Shown: piece after piece, positions 45,640 through 59,390 of the stretch
Numbering within the stretch: the first letter of the stretch is position 1
Layout of the letters: every line of letters starts with the position of its first letter
Made by a program: the position numbers and the translations under genes
NCBI RefSeq assembly: GCF_009914755.1
Contig: NC_060928.1
Origin: the human T2T-CHM13v2.0 reference genome, Homo sapiens
Direction: 5' to 3' (one strand)
DNA length: 64,000 nucleotides
The notes under the pieces: model-generated
Database searches by the model: none
Told to the model about the DNA's origin: nothing
The model's input: only the letters and a program-made list of their open reading frames with translations

Positions 45640-45916
45640 TTTTTTTTTTTGAGATGGAGTCTCGTTCTGTTCCCCGGGCTGGAGCGCAGTGGCGCGATCT
45701 CGGCTCACTGCAACCTCCGCCATTCTCCTGCCTCAGCCTCCTGAGTAGCTGGGACTACAGGCGACCACCACCACACCTGGCTAATTTTTTGTATTTTTAG
45801 TAGAGACGGGGTTTCACCGTGTTAGCCTGGATGGTCTCAATCTCCTGACCTCGTGATCCACCCGCCTCGGCCGCCCAAAGTGCTGGGATTGCAGGCGTGA
45901 GCCACCGCGCCCAGCC
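45640..45916 (-). mobile_element. AluY/Sc-like with 15-bp deletion
   Basis: CTCCGCCATTCTC junction at 45715-45727 (deletion between CGCC repeats); TSD AGG(C/T)TTTCT. Confidence 0.92.
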
Positions 45917-46247
45917 AGGTTTTCTAATTTCTATGTATTCCCTTCTTTCCCTTGTCCAAACTTGTGAAGCTGATAGCTTCTGTGTTTTCACAGTCTTCTA
46001 TTTCAGAGCCCTTGGGACATTATTGTTTGATATTTTGTTTGGCCATCTTTGAATGAAGGGAGGCACACGTATGTCCAGTGCTGGAGATCAGAAAGGAGAG
46101 AACTTATGCTTTCCAAGTGTAGCTAGAAGCTAGCGGAGTCATCTCCAGTTCTGATTAATAGCTGGAGGAAAGATAAAGGCAGACAAATTTTACCTGGGTT
46201 TATAATATTCAGGAGGCAGTCACTAAATGCTTTTCTGCTTGCAGCTA

Positions 46248-46284
46248 TGAGTGTGCATAAGTGTGTGTGTGTGTGTGTATGTGT
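46248..46284. repeat. Imperfect (TG)n microsatellite
   Basis: Directly visible. Confidence 0.8.
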
Positions 46285-46805
46285 AAAGGAGGGAGAACCT
46301 CTTGTAAAAGAATTACAGTTCAAAGAACAAGAAGCTTGGGGGAAGAAGTTCCAAACTTACATTGCTTTGGATTCCATGCACAGTAGTGGACAGAATCTAA
46401 GAACACAGGTTGACACACTCAGACAGGATCAGTAAACAAGTCTTTTTTCTGGGCTACTTTTCCTACCTCCTAACCTGGCCTGACTTGGCCCTTCTTGAAT
46501 TGGGTCTTTCCTCTCTCGACACATTGGCTGTTCTTGCTGGTAGAACTCCCTGAACCAGAGCCAGCATTGCCTGTCCTGCAGTGATGCTGGTACCTTCTTG
46601 GTTTTTTTTGCTTTTGTTTTTATGGCACTAGAACAGGTTAAAGAAGAATCCATAGAAAAAGTAATGCCCGATACACCTCTAATTCTTTTCTCTTGGTGTC
46701 CTGGTTTGGTATCTATCAGTAGCAGTCACTGGTGGAGTCCTTCCCTTCTTTACTTCTTAGTCATGCTGCTTTGTTTCAGGAAATACAAGACACTAATATT
46801 ACTAG

Positions 46806-47349
<544 letters not shown>

Positions 47350-49123
47350 AGATTTTCATATTAACAAAATTAGAAAAATATTTTCAGCATTAGAGTTTAC
47401 ATTCATCTCACTGTGTTTCTGCCTGGATTCCCTTTTATTGAACTAAATCACCCTCTATTGACTCAGTACGTAAATCCTTTAAAGACCTTTTACAATTATG
47501 TTCTCCTAGAAGTCTTTAGCCAAGGACTGCATACTTTATTTCTTTCCTCTCACTATATAAATCAATCCCTCCAGACTCTTAATTGTATTTGCTGTTCTTT
47601 TTTGAACTCCTTCCAGTTCCTCAGAGTTTATAAATAGAAAAAGAGAAAAAGAGCTCTATCTCAAAGTGATTTCCAGTTCAGGTACACTTTCTTGCTTCGT
47701 AATATGATGGGCCACCCAGATGATTTTTAGTTTTTTCCCCTGAATCCTCATAGCATTTCAGTTTCATCTAATTTACTGTGATTTGAGTGCTTTCCAATTG
47801 TTTCTCTTCCATTGAATGTCTGTTTCTGATTATTTTTCTACAGAGATGTTCCTTCACATTATTTCAAGTTGAATCTCATTTTTTTATTTTTTCACCATGC
47901 TTCAAACTTCTTTAGGCTTTTTTTTTTCTAATTTTCCATCTGTCTGGGTGCTCAGTGTCCCTCTATATTGAGAAACCTTTGCACATTTTATCAAAGCTTC
48001 ATTAATTCCTGATATTCTATGAAGATATTTTTAAAAGACCAAACATGAGGCAAGTTATCATGTGCAGTCATTCTCAGTTAGCATCCTCTTCTCCTGATGT
48101 GTTGTTTGCCAGCATTCAATCACTCTACAATTTCAAGTCATTCTAAAACAATAACAAACATGAGACTATTAAGTTCTCACCCTCCTCCTTTTTCTCCTCT
48201 TTAATTTTTAATGTAGTCCTTTAGCCCCTAGGATTTCTTTCTATCTGTGAATCTTGGGGCTTATCCAAATAAAGTTGGGTCCATGATGATTTGTTAATAA
48301 ATATCGCTAAGCTTCTGATTACATTTCTGAATATTAAGCCATGCTCCACTGGAGCCTGCAGGGATTTCGGCCATACTGAAATAGAAAACATTCCTTAGAG
48401 AGCCAAGGTGTTCAGTGAGAAATGTCAAAGCTTCTATACCAATGATTTTCCCATGATCCACACTCTCATTTTGTAAATTAATCTGAGAGCACTAAGATTT
48501 TTTTTTCCCACAGAAACCAGGGAACTCCCCTTTTGTAGAGAAAATAAGACGTAGACATATAAAGAATACCTTCATATATAAACGGTATCATAGTTCTGGA
48601 CAGAATCTCAAATGGTATGCAGACCAGCTCACTATCTTCAGATAGAAACTTACCTTTTTGATTCAATCATGTGAATATTATTTTCAAAACTTACCATCAC
48701 AAAGTACTGTGCCTCTTGAGAGTTAAAAAAAAAAAAGATCCTGTCCTCTAGGAACTTACAGTCCACCCTGACTAACCAAAATACCCCACAGTCCCGAGGA
48801 AAGAGTAAATGAAAGCCAAGATGACCTCGCTCAGAGGTACAGAGGGCAAGGCAGCAGAAAGGAGATCACTATTCTGAGTGCTCTTGCATCTCGTTGTTTG
48901 TCACAAAACACTTTCCTCACTTGAATGTAAGACATGAAAAATGTTCTGCATTCACCATGCATGAGGGTGTTTTTATCGCTATGATATGGGAAAGGATAAT
49001 AGAGTTCAGTAGTTCTTGAGTTTGTGTGTGATTGACTCTTAAGACTCATAAAATAGCCTCTTTCATCAGAAAAATGGTGATATACAAATTTCTAAAATAT
49101 TGCATGCAATTTTAGGAAACCAT

Positions 49124-49690
49124 TGTGTGCTGTTTTTCTATTTCTGCCATAAGAAATGACCACACACTTAGTGGCTTACAACAACACAAATTTATGATGT
49201 TACAGTTCTGCGGGGAGAAGAGGAAAGGTCTCACCAGACATAAACCTCAGTGGGAGCAGGGCTGTGTTCCCTGCTATAGGCCCTTGGGGAGAATCCATCT
49301 CCTTGCTCATTCAGGTGTTAGCAAAATCCATGCAGTGGTAGGACTGAGTCTGTGCCCTTGCTGGCTGTCAGATGGACCACTCTCAGCTCCCACAGGCATC
49401 TTTTTGGTCCATGCACATAGTTTCCTTTACATCCCCAAACCAGCAACAAGGCCTCAAACCTTTCTCATGCTCCCTCTTTCTGACACACTTACCTGCTTTT
49501 CTGTCGTGCTCTCAACAGCGCATGTGATGAGACTGGACCCATTTGAATAATCCAGGATAGTCTCACCAGTGTAATGTCTCTATGCTTAATCACATCTACA
49601 AAGTCCATTTTGCCTCACATAACATCACATAGTCACAGGTTCCCAGGATTGGGGCATGCACATCTTTTTTGGGGGGAAGATCATGCTACC
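49124..49690 (-). mobile_element. MaLR solo LTR (MLT1D/E-like)
   Basis: ACCACACACTTAGTGGCTTACAACAACACAAATTTAT...TAATCCAGGATA...CTTAATCACATCTACAAAGTCC...CACAGGTTCC. Confidence 0.82.
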
Positions 49691-49695
49691 TCCAT

Positions 49696-50022
<327 letters not shown>

Positions 50023-52148
50023 CTACTTCCATCTTATTGATCTAGAACCTAGTTATAGGTCCTCAAGAAGTGCATGAAATTTATGTTAAAATCCCTTGAT
50101 TATTTTTTTCCCACCTCCACTTTTTGTTCATCCCAAAGAATTCCCTGATTACCAACATGTACAGCATTTTTTTCATTTTTCTTAAAAGAAAATTTCTACA
50201 CTTTATTCTCCAATTACATAATTCAGTCATGACATTAAAACCACATGAAATCTTATTCTATTTTTAAAAAGTAATTTTAATATGTGTCACACAACATTCT
50301 GCTACTGCCATATTGGTGCCACCGACAGTTTGTCATAGGGAACAAATAAACTGCAGCTTCATCTGTCAAAACATTAACTGGTAATTAAATGGCTGCTGTC
50401 TCTGTACAATCCCTGACCTGTATCCTATCCCAGACTTATTTCTCCTTAAGAGTCTCACTGCTTCTTATTGTGTAGACAGGCTTCAGCTTCAGATCCTCCT
50501 TTCCAAACTTGCCCCATCCTTGACCAGAATCTCCCCATCACTGCCCTGGCTCCATTCCAAATCCTCATTCCACCCCTGACCCATTGTGTAAGGGTCTTTG
50601 GCTTGAGGAAATGTAAAAACACTTAAAATACCAAGCAATATTCACATTTTTTTGTCTTTGCAAAAATAGTCCTAGAAAACTGTAATTAATTTAAATGAGT
50701 TTGAAGAGTATATGTGGAGTAACAAGCACACATCATTATAAACATTTTTTGTTTAGTTTATAAGAGGACTGTGATTGTCTGACAAAGCTGCTTAGATAAA
50801 GCGGTTCTTCATTGTTTGCAGATGAAATTTAGAGTGGATTATCTAAACATTTAGAAATCCACTGTTGGTATTCACTGGGTAAAATTCGATAGAGATTAGA
50901 ATTTTAAATGTAAGTAAGTGAGGAAAAGCCATAATGGAGGTTAAAGAGGTGATAATTTAGTGAAAAATTTCAAAGACTGTCAAAAAAATTAAAAGAAAAT
51001 AACACCATCCTTGAATAAACAAGAAGAATATTTCATAATTGTTGCACAATTAAATTAGAAATATAGTTTATTTCTTCTGATATCCTTAATAAATGTTATT
51101 TACTTTTAAAAAATAAAATATCTCCTGAAGAACAAAGAGTAGGTTTGCATTTAGTTTATTGATGTCCATTTTATTCTAGTCAAATGCTATTTCTATAAAT
51201 CTCAGTTCAACAACAGCAACAAAAAGAGTGAGGAAAAAAACGAAGCTTGGATACAGTGAGAGGAAGGGAGGAATCCGATATGTGAGAAAGGTAAAGAATG
51301 TTTTATGTAAACATTATATGGTAATAAAGAAAAGTAGTTTTGCACATATTTGACTCTGTTGTGCCTGATTGACAATGGTAACATCAAAACAATTGGTGAC
51401 ATCAAAGTGTACTGGTTAATTTAAAATCCTACTTTTTCCCATTTATTTTTCCATTTTTGGGAAGAACACAAAGTAAAATTTTTATTTGGACACTCAGGAT
51501 GGGCTGCATACAGAGTCTCTTTTCTCTCAGCTTTGGCGGCAATACTGGTGTCTCTGCCTCTCCCTAATAATGCCTGAAGTATTTCTTTAAAATGTGGTCT
51601 TAATTCAGACAAAAATGTTTTCTCTGAAAGTGAAAGTGCCCATTGTATTAAATAAACAAAAAATACAGTTTACCAACTAGATACATAGCATCTATCTCTA
51701 TATGTGTGTGTATATATATATGTATAATTTATTTTGTATCTATGCCATAAGCTGTGAAATTAATTACCATCACATTTTATTAAGATTTTAGGAATAATCT
51801 TAATGATTCAAATTGTGTCTTTGTCTCATTTTAGGGTTTTTTTTTAATCTGCTGATTCTACAGTGAAGCATCAGCTGGTTTCTGGTTATCAAAACTAATA
51901 TATTAAATGCAGACATTTCATAATCTGCCTATAAACTATAATAAACTGCAATTCCCGGTATTAGGGGGTTTTACATGTGGTTATTTTTTAAAGTTTTTTT
52001 GGAATTCTTATTCAGTCCTTACAGTCTACTTTAACTTTTAAATATTACTTTTACTTTAAAAAGCAAAATAATATAAAGCATAAAAGTATGAAACTCTTAA
52101 AAATACAAAGAAAAACATCCTCTATTGCTAGCATCCAGGACACAAAGG

Positions 52149-52542
52149 TCTTTCTCTCCCTCTTTCTCTCTTTGTCTATTTCTCTCTCTCATTCTTTTCT
52201 CTTCTCTTTCTTTCTCTCTTTCCTTCCTTTCTTTTCTGTTCTTTTCCTTTCTTTTCTTTTCTTTCACAGGGTTTCACTGTGTTACCAAGTTTGGAGTGCA
52301 ATGGCACCATCATAGCTCACAGAAACTTTAAACTCCTGGGCTCCAGTGATCCTCCTGCCTCAGCCTCCAAAGTAGCTTGGAGTACAGTTGCATGACACCA
52401 CACCTCAATAATTTTTGAATTTTTTGTAGAGTTGAGGTCTCACTATGTTGACAAGACTGGTTTTGAACTCCTGGCCTCAAGTGATCCTCTCACCTTGGCC
52501 TCCCAAAGCACTGGGATTACAGGTGTGAGCCACTGAATCCAG
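52149..52542 (-). mobile_element. AluJ with long CT-rich tail (52149-52265)
   Basis: CATAGCTCAC, AACTCCTGGGCTC, GGTCTCACTATGTTG are J-type. Confidence 0.88.
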
Positions 52543-53184
52543 CTATATGCACTTTCTATGCTTACTATATCCAATATTGCAACAAAATTAGAGGAGATTT
52601 TAACATTACAATAATAAATGATCACTGGAAGTTCTTAAAACTTTAGAAATCTTGAATTTCTTTTTTTAAATGGTGATGCCCCAACATAGAACATCTGCTT
52701 TTTAAAGGCATAAAGTAACAATCTCTGCCCTTCTTAGTTGTAATTCATTTAATTTTCCTGACATCCTCTTTCTTTAAAATAGCCCCTTTTTTGTCCCCTT
52801 TAGTGGCAACAATGGTTATTTTTGTTTCCTTTACCTTCAACAAGGTTATTACTTCATATGAGCTGGGGTAACTGTAACTCTAAAGTGTAATGTATGTTAT
52901 ACCAGTACTTACATTTGGCAAAATAGAATCCTTAGGAACATAATTCACTCTCAATTAAACTTTCAACATATACCACGAAACTAAGAAGTCAAATAAAATT
53001 ATGCATCTTAGCACCTGCTTAGATGTTTGCTAGAAAAATTTAGTTTAGATTTGGGAGACAGGTAAAGTCAGTCTTGTCTTTAATAATGAAATACTCAATT
53101 TGAAACTGGAGATTTAGCTCCTGGTATTTGCAGCTTACTATATGGTAACTGGCATACGGATTCTTTCTCTAAAGAACAGGATTA

Positions 53185-53625
<441 letters not shown>

Positions 53626-53930
53626 TTATCAAAAGAAACTTGGTACATCTTTAATGATTGAAATATTTATTGATTCCAAGAAACTATAAATGCTCATTTA
53701 AAGCTCACCGCAAATAGTTATTTCTACCCCACATGTGCTCTCTTGTGTGTATAAGTAGTCACACACACAGGCACGCAGACACACTCATGGATTTTAACTA
53801 TTAGAATACAATGCCTACAGGACTTTCTGGTCAGACCAAAGTATGAAATGATAAGGATGTTTCTGAAAATTTGAAATTTTACTATTATAGTGGAGTTTTT
53901 GTCTCTTCAAGAGTTTTTTGATTTCCCTAG

Positions 53931-54429
53931 TGTGGTAGCCTGAATAATGCCTCCCCAAAGATATCCACATTGTAATCCCCAGAACCTGTGAATATGTCAT
54001 CTTATATGGCAAAAAAGAAATTGAAAATGTAAGTTAAGGATCTTGAAATCAAGAGATTATCTGAGATTTTCCAGGTGGGCCCAATATCATCATAAGGGTT
54101 CTTACAAGAAACAGGCTGGAGGGTCAGAGTCAGAGCAGGTGACGTGATGACAGAAGCTGAGGGAGAGAAGGACATGTGGCAACGCTGGCAGATGTGAAAG
54201 TGTTGCAGGAACATGAGCCACGTAACTCAGCCGCAACAGCAGCTGGGAAGGCTCAGGAACATCTCCTCCTGTAGAGCATCTGGAAGGAACCCAGCCCTGC
54301 CCACAGCTTCATTTTAGCCCAGTGGAACTCATTTCAGACTTCTGATCTTCAGAACTATGAAACATTTGCATTGTTTTAAGCCATTATATTTGTGGTCATT
54401 TGTTCGGGCAACCAAAGGAAACTAACACA
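53931..54429 (+). mobile_element. MaLR solo LTR (MLT1D-like)
   Basis: TGTGGTAG...CCCCAAAGATATCCAC...GGAAACTAACACA; TSD CCTAG/GCTAG. Confidence 0.9.
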
Positions 54430-56124
54430 GCTAGCATTTGCATTTTCTACTTTAACTCTTCAGTTTTATCAGATGATGTCCTCAGTGAATCATTGTCTTC
54501 CATAAACGTATTACTCCACAGGGAGCCTCAAACAAGCACATACATACGCTTATTTTGGATACCTTGTCTGTTCTAGGAGACTCTATACATCCATTTGTCT
54601 TCGTGGAGTACATGCAATTAATTGGCCTTATCTTAGCTGTCAATAAACCAAAGAGCCACTTTTTACCTTGACACTAAGTGAAACTGGTGAATACCATCCA
54701 AAAGGTGATGGCTTTTGCTAGGAGACATGTGTCTACCTCAGTAACACTTGGACACTTTAGCAAACATTAATAATCTTTAGTCACTTTAGCAAATTGTATT
54801 TTAACAGAAGTATGTATATTCAAATATATGTGTATATAAAAGCTTATATATATTTAATGTTATAGTAATTTTGGCTTTTTATTTCTATATTTTAATCGTT
54901 ATACAGAAGTCTGTATAAATAGTCTTCAAATTACTACAGAAAATATTTTGTTAAATTGAAAAATTAACAATTAATTTATCATCTATTATACTATGTGTAA
55001 ACTGCTGTCCTCTACAGGGCAGCAGAGAATATAGTATCAATTATGGTTACTGTCTCAAATAATTAAACAAATGTTGGTAAATCTAGAGGACACAGTCCTA
55101 AAGGCCATAAGTAAAAATGTGATGCAGTCGTTTTGGAAAAATTATTAAAAACTCTCTGGTAAATATGATATTAGGCTAGGAATACCTGATCTTTTGTTTG
55201 CAATGTTACAAGGAAATGTGTCTGAATAATGACAAACGGATAAAAGCTAAAAATACTAGTAAGAAACTTTATATTTTAATCTTTATTGACTGGACTCTTG
55301 ATAAAACTGCATGCTTTGAGAGTAGTATTTTTAGAATAACCACTTTTCATTCTCCACCCTCTCAAATTGAACGTTACAGGGTGCCCCCAAGAAGGTGGGA
55401 CAAATTTTAACTCACTCTTCGTGTGCCCCTACTTTTGTGAAACAGGGACAGCGCTTGCCAAAAAAGCAGGCAGCTGCCTTTGATTCGAACAAGAACAGAA
55501 TGAAATTAATCCTTCACCCTTTGTCAAAGAATGCGTGTGTGCTTACGTAAACTTCTAAATCCATTCAGAGTTAAATCTCAGTACCTGGCATAAATGGAAG
55601 GAAAAGAGGATGGGCGGAATTACATGGCACATTTATATTTCAGTCAATTAATGAAAAGTGTTAGACAAAGTGTTGACAGAAGCAGCAAGGCTGTAGAAGC
55701 AGGGCATGGTCTGGATCTGTCCTTTCTGGTATTGTACTGTGTATGGAAAATGTGGTGCCTTGATTGGAGGAGCTACCTGAAAACCTGGTTATTTGTCTGT
55801 AGTCCAGCAGCCTTTCACAGATGAATGACTGCATGGAGTTAAAAGCTAATCTACAATGTCATTTTGACCCGAAGTTCAAATAACATTTTAGAAAACATTT
55901 GAGCCTTAAAAAAAAAAAAAGATGCAAGGTTACATATGTTCTAAAATACAGGAGCAAGGTATCATAATTAGAAATATCCATCCTGGAATAAAGGCTGGAC
56001 AACTAAAACAAAAAGCAATCAAGAAAGAGTAAAATACAACAACAATCAACATTCATATTGCAGGAAATTAAAGAGTAAAAGCTCCACTAGAGAAAACTTA
56101 AAGAAATAGATTATGAACAACAAG

Positions 56125-57600
56125 TGCAAACATAAACAAGTAAGATTACATCAAACTAAAAAGCTTCTGCACAGCAAAAGAAACAATCAACAAAATAAAA
56201 GCAACCTATGAAATGCGAGAAAATATTTGCAAACTATATATTTGACAAGGGGTTCATTTCCAAACTGCATGAGAAATTCCCATAACTCAACAGCAAAAAT
56301 CAAATAACTTGATTAAAAAATGAGCAAAGAACCTAAATAAACATTTCTCAAAAGATTGCATACAAATGACCAACAGATAAATGAAAAGATGATCAATATC
56401 ACTAATTATCAAGTAAATGTAAATAAAACCACAGTGAGATATCACCTCACACCTGTTAGGACAGCGATTATCAATAACAAACACAAAAGAGATAACAAGT
56501 GTTGGCGAGGATATGGAGAAATGGAAACCTTAGTACACTATTCATGTAAAAATGTTGCAGGACTTTCTACTCAGTTCAGCTATAAACCAGGTTCTTGTCA
56601 CACAACAAGGAAAGATTAGGCTTGTGGACACACAGAAGGGTGAGAATAACAACACTTACTGGGTGAAAAGGAAAAAGACTCTCAGCAAAGTGAGAGGGAT
56701 TCCTGTTAACAAGCCCCCATCTCACAGATTGAGTCCCAGGTTACCACCCAGGAACAGGAGAGACCAGGCTCCCCCCCCTGCAAATGGTGCAAACTTCCCA
56801 CAGCTTCACCCCAACCTCCCAGTGCACAGGCCAAGTCAGAGATTCTCCAGGGAGCACTTTTCACTTGGCTGTCTCAAAATGATGCAGCCTCTATGGAAAA
56901 CAATATGGAGAGTCCTCAAAAATTAAAAACAGAACTATCAGACGACCCAGTAATTCCACTTCTAGGTATATATCTAAAAGAATTGAAATTAGGATCTCAA
57001 AGAGATACAGTACTTCTTCTATGTCCATTGAAGCATTATTCACAACAGCTGAGATATAGTGACAACCTAAATGCCCACTGATGGCTGAATAGATAAAGAA
57101 AATGTGATGTATACATACAATGGAATATTACTGTATCTCAGATAAAGAAAATCCTGCCATTTGTAATAACATGGATGAACCTGGAAGACATTATGCTAAG
57201 TGAAATAAGCCAGGCACAGAAGGACAGATACTGCATGATTCCACTTCAGTGAGGTATCTAATGAACTATCTAATATAGATAAACTCATAGTCGAATGGAG
57301 TTCAACATTCCCCTGAGTCCCTGGGGCCTGCCCACGCCAGCCTGTGGCCCTGTTTTCGCTTGTGGGGGCCTTCCGCCACAGACATTTGAATGGAGTCAAA
57401 TGGGAGTTGGCAGCGGCTAGAGGAAGGGAGAAATGAGGAGTTGTTGTTCAACTGATATAGTTTCAATTATGTCAGATGAGTAAGTTCTAGAGATCAATGT
57501 TGGCAATAGTGTACTGCACACTTAATCATCTGTTCAGGGTAGATATCATGTTAATTGTTCTTAGCATAATTTTTAAAATACCAACCAACCAGATAAACAA
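56125..57600 (+). mobile_element. L1MA/MB-like ORF2 end and 3'UTR, split by an LTR
   Basis: Peptide KTTVRYHLTPVRTAII..KCWRGYGE; 3'UTR GATGAACCTGGAAGACATTATGCTAAGTGAAATAAGCCAG. Confidence 0.88.
56553..56876 (-). mobile_element. ERV1 solo LTR (MER83/MER84-like)
   Basis: TG...CA ends; reverse strand starts TGAGACAGCCAAG; cleanly interrupts L1 between ATGTAAAAA and AAATGATGCAGCC. Confidence 0.75.
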
Positions 57601-58769
57601 ACAAACAAAACCCACAATAGATTATAATAGAATAAACCATAGAAATACCATCCAGCATAAAAATACAGGCTAAAGAGGCTGAAACATTGAGATAGAAGAT
57701 AAAATTCCTAGAACAAAGAGAATAAATATTAAATCTAAGAAGGATAGGTTCTGTCAAGGATGGAATCAGAACACAAGAAGAAGGAATACACCAATAAGAC
57801 ACACTTCCAAACCTAGATTGTCTTCATCCTGCCCTCATTCACCACGATGTACACCTCTACCATGAATGTTTTTAGCTGTAAATAGGGCTCCTTGCATGTT
57901 CCTACAATTTGCCACTGACATAGCCATTTCCTGAACCAAGAGAAAATGAAAGAAACACAATATTTTTCACTCCAGGTGAACATATTTTCTTTCCTCTTAG
58001 TCTGTCAGCTCTCTTTGGTAGGCGTGTCATATCCTCATGCTGACCCCCTATCCTGTGCTGGAATTTCTTCTACAATAAGAGTCACTTATATTTTGTGCTG
58101 CTGTGTGTGGTATTTTCTTGTCATACTGCATCCATCCCCAGTAAAGCACCATTGCTAAAGCTGCCAACCTGTTTCATGGCTACTTAAACATGTGTTACAT
58201 ATTAAAATAACGTCTGCGAACAATTGCTTTCTAACCAATATATTGTGGAGTAACATTTTTACTGGTAATCTTGTTTGTAAATTCTTATTACTAAATGGAA
58301 ATTTTTTAAAAAGGAGGCCAATTATGTGATTCAGGAATCCTAATAGGAGTTCCTGAATTCTAGCATTGCCCTTATACTAAGCAACATTTGTATTTGAATT
58401 TGAATGCCAGAATACTCACTCTGGTATTCTACTTTCATTGTTTTCAGCATTTGTATTATATTCATTCACATAGTTTTAAAAAGCAAAAAAAGCAAGTAAG
58501 TGCTCTCAGATAAATAGTTTGTCACTTTTATCATTTGGACGATAACATGTTTACAGTGGTAATCGCAGTCAACCTTGTCACTACACATTAGTCTGAAGGA
58601 TGTGTTTACTCGGTTTCCCATAGCAAAAAACAAAAACAAAAACAAAAAAACCACACTCCACTGTACTGATTAATTTAAATTTCTGAAACATGTTTCACAT
58701 TTCAATGTTCTAAATACAAGGCTACTCTTGTCTTATGGTATTTTTTGGTTATTGTTGATGATAAATCAG

Positions 58770-59390
58770 TTTTTTTTATTTTTTGTAGGAATATAGTAGG
58801 TATATATGTTTATGGGGTACATGAGCTATTTTGATACAGGCCTGCAATGTGTAATAGTCATATCAGGGTAAATGGGGTATTCATCACCTCAAGCATTTAT
58901 CCTTTCTTTATATTACAAACAATCCAATTATATATACTTCTTTATTTTTAAATGTATAATAAATTATTGTTAACTGTAGCCACCCTGTTGTGCTATCAGA
59001 TACTAGATCATATTCATTCTATCTAACTATATTTTTGTAACCATTAAACATCCCTACTTCTTCTACCACTCCCCACTACCCTTCCCAGACTCTGGTAACC
59101 ATCATTTTGCTTTCTATCTTTATGAGTTCAATTGTTATAGCTTTTAGCTCTCACAAATAAAAGAGAACATGCTAAATTTGTCTTTCCATACCTGGCTTAT
59201 TTCACTTAATATAATGTCCTCTAATTCCATCCATGTTGTTGCAAATGACAGGATCTCATTCTTTTTTATGGTTAAATAGTACTCTGTTGTCTATTAAATA
59301 TTAATACCACATTTTCTTTATCCATTGGTCTGTTGATGGACACTTAGGTTGCTTCCAAATATTGGCTATTATGAATACTGCTGCACTATT
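58770..59390 (-). mobile_element. L1MA (MA2-4-like) 3' end; resumes briefly at 61691-61720
   Basis: TATGGGGTACATGAG..TTTTGATACAGGC..GGGTAAATGGGGTATTCATCACCTCAAGCATTTATCC. Confidence 0.9.
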
